The position numbers and the translations under genes were made by a program. A stretch of 26,086 bases of DNA, taken from the NCBI GenBank assembly GCA_001829395.1, contig MIBD01000123.1, positions 3,795 through 29,880 on the forward strand, given 5' to 3'. The stretch is from Spirochaetes bacterium GWF1_49_6 (GTDB lineage Bacteria; Spirochaetota; Brevinematia; Brevinematales; GWF1-51-8). The notes under the pieces were generated by a model that did no database searches, had not been told where the DNA came from, and worked only from the letters and a program-made list of their open reading frames with translations. The first letter of the stretch is position 1, and the number at the start of each line of letters is the position of its first letter. Positions 8,099 through 16,835 of the stretch are shown in pieces.

Positions 8099-8130
8099 TT
8101 ATTAAACCTCCCTAAAAAAGGAAATCCGCA

Positions 8131-8763
8131 TTACTTCGAATACAATTCGACGATTAAAGGCTCGTTAATCTCGACTTCAAGCGCCATTTCCGCTTTTTCA
8201 GGAATATGCAGAACCTTTACCGACTTTTTCTTATAATCCGCTTCGAGCCATACCGGCACGACACGATTTTCTACCTTGGAGAGCGCTTCATCCACAATAG
8301 TCATCTTTGCGCCTTTATCAGCTAATGTAATCACATCGCCGATTTTGAGCAGATAGGAAGGTATGTCCACCTTCTTACCGTTGATCTGAATATGCCCGTG
8401 CCCGACAAACTGACGGGCGGCCTTTCTCGATGCGGCGAATCCTACGCGGTAAACCACGTTATCTAAACGGCGTTCGAGTATCTGCAAAAGCAAGATACCT
8501 GTAATACCTTTTAATTGGCTCGCGGTTTCAAAATACTTCCGGAACTGGCGTTCCAAAAGCCCGTAGTAGCGTTTCACTTTCTGCTTCTCGCGAAGCTGAA
8601 CCGCGTACTCGGTCGGTTTTTTACGGAACTTCGGAATCATGCCGGGAGGCGTCTTTCTTTTAGTAACAGCGCATTTCGCTGTATAACAACGGTCGCCTTT
8701 CAGGAATAATCTAACTCCCTCGCGGCGGCATTGCCGGCAGGAAGCATCAGTATATCTACCCAT
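8131..8763 (-). CDS. rpsD: 30S ribosomal protein uS4 (Zn-binding, 4 Cys)
   Basis: CRQCRREG...RCYTAKC, QLREKQK, LERRLDNVVYR, GHIQINGKKVDIPSY. Confidence 0.98.
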   Translation of the reverse strand: MGRYTDASCRQCRREGVRLFLKGDRCYTAKCAVTKRKTPPGMIPKFRKKPTEYAVQLREKQKVKRYYGLLERQFRKYFETASQLKGITGILLLQILERRLDNVVYRVGFAASRKAARQFVGHGHIQINGKKVDIPSYLLKIGDVITLADKGAKMTIVDEALSKVENRVVPVWLEADYKKKSVKVLHIPEKAEMALEVEINEPLIVELYSK

Positions 8764-8774
8764 CTATTACCTCA

Positions 8775-9170
8775 CTATACTCTTCTCTTTTTTCTGGGAC
8801 GGCATCCATTGTGCGGTATCGGTGTGATATCACGGATGCTTTTGACCTTGATACCCGCCCCGTCTATCGCACGTATAGCGGACTCACGGCCGGGGCCGGG
8901 GCCTTTTACACGTACATGTACGGACTCGAGGCCATGGTACTTCGCCGCGTCAAGCGCTTTTTCACAAGCAAGCTGCGAGGCGTAGGGAGTACCCTTTTTG
9001 GTGCCTTTGAAACCGGCAACGCCCGCGCTGGACCAGCTCAACGCGTTCCCGTTCATATCGGTTACCGTAATCAGTGTATTGTTAAACGATGCCTGGATAT
9101 TGACAATCCCTTCCAGTACGTTCTTCTTTTCTTTCTTTTTTCTCGTAACTGCGGCTTTCTTAGTTGCCAT
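8775..9170 (-). CDS. rpsK: 30S ribosomal protein uS11
   Basis: [33 protein letters not shown]. Confidence 0.98.
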   Translation of the reverse strand: MATKKAAVTRKKKEKKNVLEGIVNIQASFNNTLITVTDMNGNALSWSSAGVAGFKGTKKGTPYASQLACEKALDAAKYHGLESVHVRVKGPGPGRESAIRAIDGAGIKVKSIRDITPIPHNGCRPRKKRRV

Positions 9171-9184
9171 TAACTAATCCTCCG

Positions 9185-9556
9185 TTATTTCTTTTTCGCG
9201 CCGATGGCGTTCTGGCGAGGCCCTTTCCAGGTTCTCGCATTGGTCTTCGTGCGCTGTCCGCGTACGGGGAGACCTATTTTATGCCGATGCCCGCGGTAAC
9301 ACGCGATATCGATCAAGCGCTTTATATTCATCGCGACTTCCGTTCTCAGGTCGCCCTCGACTTTAAAGTTCTTCTCGATGACTTCCCTGATACGAGCCAA
9401 CTCGTCTTCCGACAAGCTCGATACTTTTTTATCCGGCTCTACTTTTGCGAGTTCGACAATCTTTTTCGCGGTGGTACTACCGACCCCGAAAATATAGGTC
9501 AACCCGATAATAGTCGTTTTATGATTGGGTACTTCCCGACCTGCTATACGTGCCAT
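9185..9556 (-). CDS. rpsM: 30S ribosomal protein uS13
   Basis: [40 protein letters not shown]. Confidence 0.98.
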   Translation of the reverse strand: MARIAGREVPNHKTTIIGLTYIFGVGSTTAKKIVELAKVEPDKKVSSLSEDELARIREVIEKNFKVEGDLRTEVAMNIKRLIDIACYRGHRHKIGLPVRGQRTKTNARTWKGPRQNAIGAKKK

Positions 9557-9571
9557 ATTCTTCCTCCTCCG

Positions 9572-9700
9572 TTAAACCCGTTTCGAACCGCGCTGGCGCT
9601 GCTTGTGCTTGGGGTTCTCACAAATAATACGCACAACGCCATAACGCCTGATAACACGGCATTTCTCGCAAATCGGTTTTACTGACGCACGAACTTTCAT
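9572..9700 (-). CDS. rpmJ: 50S ribosomal protein bL36 (Zn-ribbon type), 42 aa; missed by ORF track
   Basis: My translation: [51 protein letters not shown]; canonical position between infA and rpsM. Confidence 0.96.
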   Translation of the reverse strand: MKVRASVKPICEKCRVIRRYGVVRIICENPKHKQRQRGSKRV

Positions 9701-9724
9701 ATTTTTCCTCTCATTCTTTGTCCA

Positions 9725-9943
9725 TCACTTATAACGATACACAATTCTCCCTTTGGTCAAATCATAGGGAGAGAGTTCGATATTTACCTTATCTCCGGGG
9801 GTTATCTTGATGTAATTCATCCTCATTTTTCCCGAGATATGTGCCAGAATCTGGCGTTTCCCCTCGAGTTCTACCCTGAACATCGCGTTGGGTAGCTGTT
9901 CGATGACCGTTCCGTCAAGACGGATGACATCTTCTTTGTCCAT
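9725..9943 (-). CDS. infA: Translation initiation factor IF-1
   Basis: [37 protein letters not shown]-like motif. ATG 9943 overlaps the adk stop (TGATG); the track's TTG start at 9946 is less likely. Confidence 0.97.
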   Translation of the reverse strand: MDKEDVIRLDGTVIEQLPNAMFRVELEGKRQILAHISGKMRMNYIKITPGDKVNIELSPYDLTKGRIVYRYK

Positions 9944-10593
9944 CAAGACTTTAAAACCTCCTTTATGTCGGCAAATACTTCATCAATGTTCTTTTCGCCT
10001 TTTATTACAGTTAGGACGCCTTTTTCTTTATAATAGTTTACCGCCGCGACTGTCTGATCCTTATAGACCTTCAACCGGTTCGTAACTGTTTCGATCTTGT
10101 CGTCGTCACGGATAATCAAGTCTTCGCCTGATACATCGCACTTTCCCTCAACCTTCGGGGGATTGAAGTGGATATTGTATATCTTTCCGCTATTGACCGC
10201 GGTACGGCGGCCGGTCAGACGCTTGATCAGCTGGTTCTCGTCCACATCGATCAGTATCACATGCGTCAACGGAGCGCTGGCGAGTTTCGCGTCAAGCACC
10301 TTCGCCTGGTTCAGACTGCGCGGAAACCCGTCAAGCAGGTATCCGTTCTGGCAGTCGTCCTTGCTGATACGGTCGAAGAGTACGTCGACAACAGCCTCAT
10401 CGGGAACCAGTTCGCCGCGGCTCATATAACCGCGAATCATATCGGCGAGTTCCGATTTCCCTTCCTTGATCATCGCGCGGAATATGTCTCCGGTCGATAT
10501 ATGGGGGATGTTGAGAAATTTGCAGACCATGTCGGCCTGTGTACCTTTTCCGCCTCCGGGAGGCCCTATGAATACAATATTATACATTTTCAC
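9943..10593 (-). CDS. adk: Adenylate kinase (long LID)
   Basis: [11 protein letters not shown]-loop, [22 protein letters not shown]. Confidence 0.98.
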   Translation of the reverse strand: MKMYNIVFIGPPGGGKGTQADMVCKFLNIPHISTGDIFRAMIKEGKSELADMIRGYMSRGELVPDEAVVDVLFDRISKDDCQNGYLLDGFPRSLNQAKVLDAKLASAPLTHVILIDVDENQLIKRLTGRRTAVNSGKIYNIHFNPPKVEGKCDVSGEDLIIRDDDKIETVTNRLKVYKDQTVAAVNYYKEKGVLTVIKGEKNIDEVFADIKEVLKS

Positions 10594-10599
10594 TTCCGT

Positions 10600-12252
10600 T
10601 TATCTGTTTTTCTGGGCTTTCTTGTGATGCAGGAACCCGTCCAAATGATGCATCATCATATGCGACTCCAACTGCTTCAAGCTGTCGAGAGCCACACCCA
10701 CCATAATCAGTAACGATGTACCGCCCATCAGGTAACCCATATCCTGGGGTATCTCGAGACGGTTGATAACAAACGACGGCATCAGCGCGATCGTACCGAG
10801 GAACAGCGCGCCGGGGAGCGTGATACGGCTTAATACAAATCCGATATACTCCTGCGTCTTCTGTCCGGGACGTATCCCGGGAATAAACCCGCCCTGCTTT
10901 CTCAGGTTCTCCGCGATATCGTGGGGGTTCAGTTCTATTTCAGTATAGAAGTACGCGAAGAATATAATCATCATAAAGTAAACTATCGAGTACCAGAGCT
11001 TGCCCGGCAGCATGGCATTGGTAATATCGCTGAAAAATCTCGCGACACTGCTTACCCCATGTACCTGCATCGAGTCGATCTGCCATCCGGCTTCCGACCC
11101 CTGCCCGTCAGTCTTAAAGATCAGGTACGCGGTATCGCCCGCTACACTGACGCTTTTATCGTCGAAACTACCCGTCAGTTGCTGAGGGGATTTCATCGTC
11201 TTATCATATACGTACAGGATATCTTTCCCTTTCTCGGAGCGGAAGTACGGGAAGTGCAGGATAATCATCCTCGCGCCGTCTTCTTTAATCACGTTCGTAA
11301 CATTCAGGTTCATCGGGTATCCGGCGGTATCGCCGAATCCGGGTGATGCTATACTGATCTGTTTCGTATCTTCGTAATTACCCTGCCCGATAAACTGGTA
11401 TATCTGCGCCGGCACCATCAATATGGCTGAGGCGAAGATGATCGGGATAACACCCGTGGGGTTGACCTTGAACGGCAGAAATGAGACCTGCCCGCCGGCG
11501 CCGCCGGAACCCACCATTCGCTTCGCATACTGCACGGGAATCCTTCGTAAGCCCGATTCCTCGAATACGACCACTCCTATCACTATCGCGAATAACGCGA
11601 CGACTATCAGGACGTTTATCGTATCCGGCGATGTGGTCGCGAGGTGATATAACGCTGCGGGGAGTCTCGCGATAATACCGCACATAATGATAAGCGATAT
11701 ACCGTTACCGATACCCCGTTCCGTAATCTGTTCGCCCATCCACATCAGTATTAACGTACCCGCTGTTACGGAGATGATAAACAGTATAAGAAATGTAGTG
11801 TTATCTATCAATATAAACTTTTGCGCCGAACCAGCGTTGTCGGCGATTATATTATTCCCGTAGATGATACCCTGAACAATCGTCACTAAGACGGTGCCGT
11901 AACGGCCATACTGCTGGAACTTCTTTCTGCCCTCGGGTCCTTCCTTCATCATCGCGTCAAGCTGGGGAACAACCGCAGTCAACAACTGCATGATGATCAT
12001 CATAGTGATGTAAGGCATGATACCGAGCGAGAACAGGGAGAGGTTCTTCAGACCGCCGCCTGTGAACAAGCTGATAAAATCAGTCCACGGATTACTTGCC
12101 GCACCCGCGCGGAACTCCTGCAGGATAGAAAGACTGATTCCCGGAACGGGAATATAAATCCCAATACGATAGATAATAAGCAGACCTAAAGTAAAAAGGA
12201 TCTTCTTTCTTATATCCGGAACCTTGAGTATATCGACGAGTGTCTTCAGCAT
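10600..12252 (-). CDS. secY: Preprotein translocase SecY with inserted CUB-like domain (aa ~291-398)
   Basis: LGIMPYIT, WMGEQITERGIGNGISLII, GVIPIIFASA, FIPGIRPG, GGTSLLIMVG. 550 aa versus the usual ~430-450. Confidence 0.97.
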   Translation of the reverse strand: MLKTLVDILKVPDIRKKILFTLGLLIIYRIGIYIPVPGISLSILQEFRAGAASNPWTDFISLFTGGGLKNLSLFSLGIMPYITMMIIMQLLTAVVPQLDAMMKEGPEGRKKFQQYGRYGTVLVTIVQGIIYGNNIIADNAGSAQKFILIDNTTFLILFIISVTAGTLILMWMGEQITERGIGNGISLIIMCGIIARLPAALYHLATTSPDTINVLIVVALFAIVIGVVVFEESGLRRIPVQYAKRMVGSGGAGGQVSFLPFKVNPTGVIPIIFASAILMVPAQIYQFIGQGNYEDTKQISIASPGFGDTAGYPMNLNVTNVIKEDGARMIILHFPYFRSEKGKDILYVYDKTMKSPQQLTGSFDDKSVSVAGDTAYLIFKTDGQGSEAGWQIDSMQVHGVSSVARFFSDITNAMLPGKLWYSIVYFMMIIFFAYFYTEIELNPHDIAENLRKQGGFIPGIRPGQKTQEYIGFVLSRITLPGALFLGTIALMPSFVINRLEIPQDMGYLMGGTSLLIMVGVALDSLKQLESHMMMHHLDGFLHHKKAQKNR

Positions 12253-12260
12253 GAGTTCTC

Positions 12261-12716
12261 CTACTGCTGGGATTCGATAAGTTCTACGGAACCGCCCGCC
12301 TGTTCGACTTTCAACTTAGCGGTTGCAGAACAAGCATTCACCTTAATCTTTAAACCCTTTATCGTCAGTTCGCCGTTGGCTAGAAGTTTGACCGGCGACT
12401 TATTGGACTTTATCAATCCAGACTTTCTGATCGCTTCAACCGTTACTTCCGAACCTTCCTTAAAGGAAACAAGGTCGCGAAGATTGATTATATTGAAGTA
12501 TATTTTATTAATATTCTTGAAACCGCGCTTCGGCATACGGCGGTATAACGGCATCTGCCCGCCTTCGAACCCGGGTCGTACTCCTCCGCCGGAGCGAGCC
12601 TTCTGCCCCTTGTTACCGCGACCGCAGCGTACACCCTTACCGTTACCGGAACCTCTGCCTCGGCGAATGGGACTCTTCTTGGAACCCGGAACGGGCTTAA
12701 TTTCTATAAAGTTCAT
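12261..12716 (-). CDS. rplO: 50S ribosomal protein uL15
   Basis: GRGSGNGKG, GRGNKGQKARSG, GFEGGQMPLYRRMPKRGF. Confidence 0.98.
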   Translation of the reverse strand: MNFIEIKPVPGSKKSPIRRGRGSGNGKGVRCGRGNKGQKARSGGGVRPGFEGGQMPLYRRMPKRGFKNINKIYFNIINLRDLVSFKEGSEVTVEAIRKSGLIKSNKSPVKLLANGELTIKGLKIKVNACSATAKLKVEQAGGSVELIESQQ

Positions 12717-12731
12717 TTTTTTCTCCTCGGC

Positions 12732-13292
12732 TTATTCGGATTTAGACGGCATTCCGAAAACTTCCTGTACCGTCTTTCCGCGCTTTTCGGCTATTTTCTT
12801 CACGTCCATCAGACTATGCAATCCCTGAAGCGTCGCCTTCACCAAGTTGAACGCGTTGGTAGAACGCAGGGACTTGGTCAATACATCCTTCAGGCCGACC
12901 ATTTCGAGAACCGGTCTGACCGCGCCGCCGGCGATAACACCGGTACCGGGAGATGCCGGACTCATCCAGACCTCGCCGCTTTTAAAGCGCCCGACTACCT
13001 CGTGAGGGATAGTGGAGCCTTTGCTCAGGACGGGTTTGGCTTCTCTGATCGCTTTATCTTTAGCTTTGCGGATAGCGTCCATCAATTCATTCGCCTTACC
13101 GTACCCGACGCCGACCATTCCTTTGGTGTTGCCGACTACGATTATCGCGTTGAACCGGAAACGTTTGCCTCCGCGAGTGACCTTCGCAACACGGCGAAGT
13201 TTAACTACTCTCTCTTCCCACTCGCTCTCGACTTTCTCTTTCTTCCGGTCCTTGAATCTGTCTCTGTCTCGGTTGCCTTTATTTTCCGCCAT
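12732..13292 (-). CDS. rpsE: 30S ribosomal protein uS5
   Basis: RVAKVTRGGKRFRF, GYGKA, PASPGTGVIAGG. Confidence 0.98.
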   Translation of the reverse strand: MAENKGNRDRDRFKDRKKEKVESEWEERVVKLRRVAKVTRGGKRFRFNAIIVVGNTKGMVGVGYGKANELMDAIRKAKDKAIREAKPVLSKGSTIPHEVVGRFKSGEVWMSPASPGTGVIAGGAVRPVLEMVGLKDVLTKSLRSTNAFNLVKATLQGLHSLMDVKKIAEKRGKTVQEVFGMPSKSE

Positions 13293-13313
13293 TTTTCACC
13301 TCAAATTCTTTTT

Positions 13314-13682
13314 TTAGAACTGTATTCCACCCTCGCGGCAGCTATCCGCGAGCGCTTTGATTTTCCCATGATACTGGTAACCGTTTCTGTCGAATACGAC
13401 TTTATCGATCTTCTTGCTTTTCAGCTTTTTCGCAATCGCGGTTCCCAATACCTTAGCGGATTCAATATCCTTACCCAACTTCTTATCGGCCATCTCTTTC
13501 GATACGGACGAAATACTGCAAATCACGGTATGATTACTATCATCTATTACCTGCGCATAGATATACTTATTCGTCTTGGTGACAATCAGTCTCGGACGTT
13601 CCGCCGAAGATTTCAGGTGCTTCTTACTGCGAAGACGGCGCTTGGTATATTGTTTGTTCTTATGTGAAATAACATCTATCAT
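13314..13682 (-). CDS. rplR: 50S ribosomal protein uL18
   Basis: RPRLIV..TNKYIYAQVIDD, VVFDRNGYQYHGKIKALAD. Confidence 0.97.
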   Translation of the reverse strand: MIDVISHKNKQYTKRRLRSKKHLKSSAERPRLIVTKTNKYIYAQVIDDSNHTVICSISSVSKEMADKKLGKDIESAKVLGTAIAKKLKSKKIDKVVFDRNGYQYHGKIKALADSCREGGIQF

Positions 13683-13702
13683 CTTTCAATTCTCCTTACT
13701 GT

Positions 13703-14248
13703 CTATTTTTTAGCGCCTGCTTTCCCTTCTTTCAGCCGTACCACTTCGTCTTTATAACGAATACCCTTGCCTTTGTAAGGTTCGGGAGGGCGGATGAAGC
13801 GAAGGTTCGCAGCGACCTGTCCGACTATCTGCTTATTGATACCGGTAATATTCAGGATCGCAATACCGTCGGTAGCGATCTTTACGCCGGCCGGTACGGG
13901 GAATTTCATCGGATGAGAAAAGCCCGCTGTAATCATCAGGGCATTTCCCGACATTTCCCATTTATAACCGATACCCTTTATTTCCATCGTTTTGGTAAAT
14001 CCGGTGGTAACACCGGTAACCGAGTTACGGATGAGAGACCAGTACAGCCCCTGTAACGCGCGGGCATTCCCTGCGTCGCTTTTCCGCTCGACCATTACCT
14101 TACTGTCTTCTATCTTAATGCTGATAAAATTAGGAAGAAACTTCTCCTCTAATTTTCCGAGCGGACCTTCCACCACGATAACGTTACCGTCAATACGGAT
14201 GTTCACACCCTGGGGAATATGTACAGGCTTTTTCGCTAATCTTGACAT
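13703..14248 (-). CDS. rplF: 50S ribosomal protein uL6
   Basis: GPLGKL, GFSHP, RPPEPYKGKGIRY. Confidence 0.98.
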   Translation of the reverse strand: MSRLAKKPVHIPQGVNIRIDGNVIVVEGPLGKLEEKFLPNFISIKIEDSKVMVERKSDAGNARALQGLYWSLIRNSVTGVTTGFTKTMEIKGIGYKWEMSGNALMITAGFSHPMKFPVPAGVKIATDGIAILNITGINKQIVGQVAANLRFIRPPEPYKGKGIRYKDEVVRLKEGKAGAKK

Positions 14249-14259
14249 ATTTTCCTCTC

Positions 14260-14646
14260 CTACCAGACCGAGCAGATAACTTCGCCGCCTATACCGATAG
14301 CGCGGGCTTCCTTATTGGTCAGCACGCCTCTCGAGGTGGTCAGTATCGCCACACCCATGTTGTTGTACACGCTGGGGATTTTATCCTTCGACACATATAT
14401 GCGGCGGCTCAGGTGACTGACCCGTCTCAGACCCGCTATTACGGATTTACCGTTCGACATATATTTCAATATCACGGTAAACGCGTAAGGGGAGTCCTTA
14501 CTCTGCGAATAGTCAAGAATATAACCTTCTTTTTTCAATATTTTTAATATATCCTCAATCAGGTTATTCTTTGCAACATCAACCGTGGCGATTTTTCTCG
14601 ACCCGGCATTTCTGATTTTCGTTAGGGTATCTGCGATCTTATCCAT
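14260..14646 (-). CDS. rpsH: 30S ribosomal protein uS8
   Basis: IADTLTKIRNA, LKKEGYI, ILTTSRGVLT, GGEVICSVW. Confidence 0.96.
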   Translation of the reverse strand: MDKIADTLTKIRNAGSRKIATVDVAKNNLIEDILKILKKEGYILDYSQSKDSPYAFTVILKYMSNGKSVIAGLRRVSHLSRRIYVSKDKIPSVYNNMGVAILTTSRGVLTNKEARAIGIGGEVICSVW

Positions 14647-14666
14647 TTTCCGCTCCGTCTGTCATT

Positions 14667-14852
14667 TTACCAACTGGACTTGGTCACACCGGGGATCAGC
14701 CCTTCGCTCGCGAAGTTTCTGAAGCAAATTCGGCATATCCCGAAATCACGCATATAACCGCGGGGTCTCCCGCAGATATTGCATCGGTTATATTTTCTTA
14801 CCTTGAATTTAGGCGTTCTTTTCCACTTTTCGATAATCGATGTCTTGGCCAT
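14667..14852 (-). CDS. rpsN: 30S ribosomal protein uS14, short Zn-binding type Z (61 aa)
   Basis: [10 protein letters not shown]...GICRICFR...PGVTKSSW; ATG at 14852 after GGAGG. Confidence 0.97.
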   Translation of the reverse strand: MAKTSIIEKWKRTPKFKVRKYNRCNICGRPRGYMRDFGICRICFRNFASEGLIPGVTKSSW

Positions 14853-14864
14853 CAAATCCTCCGC

Positions 14865-15590
14865 TTACTTTTCTTTAAACGGCATGCCGAGAAACGACAG
14901 CAGCTTATAAGCCTCTTCGTCCGTCTTCGCCGTGGTCACAATCGTAACATCCATTCCGCGAACTTTATTGATCTTATCGTAATCTATTTCGGGAAAGACG
15001 ATCTGTTCCTTCAAGCCCATACTGTAGTTTCCGCGGCCGTCGAAACTGGACATCTTGAGCCCGTTAAAGTCGCGTACACGGGGAAGAGCTACCGCGATCA
15101 GCTTATCGAGAAAATCGTACATCCGGTCGCCGCGAAGAGTGACTCTCGCGCCGATAGGCATACCCTGGCGGAGTTTGAAGTTCGATATAGACTTTTTTGC
15201 TAACGTTTTTACCGCATGCTGGCCGGCAATCAGCGAAAGCTCGTCGGCGGCGGAGTCCAGTATATTCTTATCGTTAATCGCCTCGCCAACACCCATATTG
15301 ATCGAAATTCTTTCCACTTTAGGCAAAGCCATAGGCGATGCATATTTAAATTCTTCCATCAGGGCTTTTTTTACTATCGTATCGTACTTTGTTCTGAGTC
15401 TCGGTACGTACTTTTCCTTAGGCCCGGAAGGCTTTTTCTCAGCTTTAGGTTCAGCGGCTTTCTCAGCTTTAGGCTGTGCAGCCTTTTCAGCTTTCGGCTC
15501 GGTAACTTTTTCGGCCTTAGGCGCGGTTTTCTTCTCAGTCTTTGGCTCGGATGCTTTTTCCGTTGCCGGTTTCTCTATCTTGTCAGCCAT
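14865..15590 (-). CDS. rplE: 50S ribosomal protein uL5 with ~60-aa N-terminal repeat extension
   Basis: Core: [43 protein letters not shown]. The extension is PKAEK repeats. Confidence 0.97.
   Translation of the reverse strand: MADKIEKPATEKASEPKTEKKTAPKAEKVTEPKAEKAAQPKAEKAAEPKAEKKPSGPKEKYVPRLRTKYDTIVKKALMEEFKYASPMALPKVERISINMGVGEAINDKNILDSAADELSLIAGQHAVKTLAKKSISNFKLRQGMPIGARVTLRGDRMYDFLDKLIAVALPRVRDFNGLKMSSFDGRGNYSMGLKEQIVFPEIDYDKINKVRGMDVTIVTTAKTDEEAYKLLSFLGMPFKEK
15426..15569 (-). repeat. Six degenerate 24-nt (8-aa) tandem units in the 5' end of rplE
   Basis: [48 protein letters not shown]; 144 nt = 6 x 24. Confidence 0.9.
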
Positions 15591-15609
15591 CGCTTATTAA
15601 CCTCTCTGC

Positions 15610-15936
15610 TTATTCGAATATATAATCAACGCCTTTTGCTCTGGCCTTGCGTTTCTTATTACCGTTCTTATCAGTCGTAAATCCCACTCGCACGCCTTTC
15701 CCGTTCTTAGGGCAGAACAGCATGACGTTGGAAACATGGAGGGGCGCTTCGATCTCGAGGAATCCGCCGTTAGGGTTTTCCTTCGATTTCTTGATCGTCT
15801 TTTTTACATAGTTAACGCCCTTGACGACCACTTTGTTCTGTGTCGGCATAGCGCGGACAATTTCGCCCTTTTTACCTTTTTCGCTTCCGGCTATTACGAT
15901 TACCGTATCGCCTTTTCTGACTTTCAATTTTGCCAT
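15610..15936 (-). CDS. rplX: 50S ribosomal protein uL24
   Basis: KGDTVIVIAGSEKGKKG, EAPLHVSNV. Confidence 0.97.
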   Translation of the reverse strand: MAKLKVRKGDTVIVIAGSEKGKKGEIVRAMPTQNKVVVKGVNYVKKTIKKSKENPNGGFLEIEAPLHVSNVMLFCPKNGKGVRVGFTTDKNGNKKRKARAKGVDYIFE

Positions 15937-15945
15937 CGGGTTCTC

Positions 15946-16314
15946 CTAAAACACTTCAGGGGCTAACGAGACGATCTTCATGAAGTTCTTTTCACGAAGT
16001 TCGCGGGCTACAGGGCCGAATATACGGGTTCCTGTAGGATCGCCCTGCTTGTTTATAATAACCGCGGAATTTCTGTCGAATCGTATCGACGAACCGTCCC
16101 GGCGATTTAGTTCCTTCTTAGTGCGTACCACAACTGCGCGGACGACTTCCCCTTTCTTGATAGGTGAATTGGGAATAGCGGTCTGTACGGACGCCACAAC
16201 AGTGTCGCCGACATGGGCGTAGCGTCTTTTCGAGCTGCCTTCTACATGTATACAAACTATTTCTTTCGCACCGCTGTTATCAGCGACATCCATGCGAGTT
16301 CCGAGCATAATCAT
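15946..16314 (-). CDS. rplN: 50S ribosomal protein uL14
   Basis: [35 protein letters not shown]. Confidence 0.98.
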   Translation of the reverse strand: MIMLGTRMDVADNSGAKEIVCIHVEGSSKRRYAHVGDTVVASVQTAIPNSPIKKGEVVRAVVVRTKKELNRRDGSSIRFDRNSAVIINKQGDPTGTRIFGPVARELREKNFMKIVSLAPEVF

Positions 16315-16323
16315 AGACGCCTC

Positions 16324-16575
16324 CTACTCCGCTTTGGTCACAACTTTCACGAGTGTCCACCGCTTGTTCTTGCTCAACGGGCGGGACTCCTCGATCAGTA
16401 CAGTATCGCCTTTGCGGCTCTCGTTATTCTCATCGTGAATCATATATTTCTTTCTGATTTTCACATACTTCCCGTACAAGGGATGCGGTTTTTTGCGGTC
16501 GTGCGCGACAACTCTGGACTTTTCCATCTTATCGCTGACCACAAGACATGTCATTTGTTTTCTTTTCGTTTCCAT
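16324..16575 (-). CDS. rpsQ: 30S ribosomal protein uS17
   Basis: [30 protein letters not shown]. Confidence 0.98.
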   Translation of the reverse strand: METKRKQMTCLVVSDKMEKSRVVAHDRKKPHPLYGKYVKIRKKYMIHDENNESRKGDTVLIEESRPLSKNKRWTLVKVVTKAE

Positions 16576-16587
16576 ATTTCCCTCGGC

Positions 16588-16824
16588 CTATTTCTTTTTA
16601 GTAATCTTCGCGGCTACAGGGGCTTCGCCGGTCTTCTCATAGTGCGTTAAAAGAGTATTGATACGGGAAACCTGCTTCTTCATTTCCCTTTTTTCCATAA
16701 AATTCTTCGGCGGCTCTATTTTCGATTTGAAGCGAAACATCATAATCCTGCTCTGCAGGTCGCCGCGCATCTTCTTGAGCTCGTCCGAGTTTAAATCCAA
16801 AAGTTCTTTCATTTTCTTCGACAT
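16588..16824 (-). CDS. rpmC: 50S ribosomal protein uL29
   Basis: Position between rplP and rpsQ; EL..L..DEL, KKQVSRINTLL. Confidence 0.9.
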   Translation of the reverse strand: MSKKMKELLDLNSDELKKMRGDLQSRIMMFRFKSKIEPPKNFMEKREMKKQVSRINTLLTHYEKTGEAPVAAKITKKK

Positions 16825-16835
16825 ATCGGTACCCC

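Noticed and set aside
8099-8130. Short hairpin/U-run between rpsD and rpoA (ttccttttttagggagg) as a terminator
   Set aside because: Stem of only 4-5 bp that overlaps the rpoA Shine-Dalgarno, with no downstream U-tract. At most a translational-coupling element.
11059-11382. SecY insert as an intein, intron or mobile element
   Set aside because: No N-terminal Cys/Ser block A, no terminal His-Asn plus nucleophile, no LAGLIDADG motif, no terminal repeats, and codon style like the rest of secY. It reads as a folded CUB-like domain.
12816-13667. 283-aa plus-strand ORF, and similar ones (468-935, 10168-10713, 15055-15600, 19062-19769, 21130-21790, 22972-23580)
   Set aside because: Antisense shadows of highly conserved minus-strand genes; no promoter, RBS or domain signature.
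15426-15569. 24-nt repeats as a CRISPR array or contingency VNTR
   Set aside because: No spacers, in-frame coding, and synonymous divergence between units.
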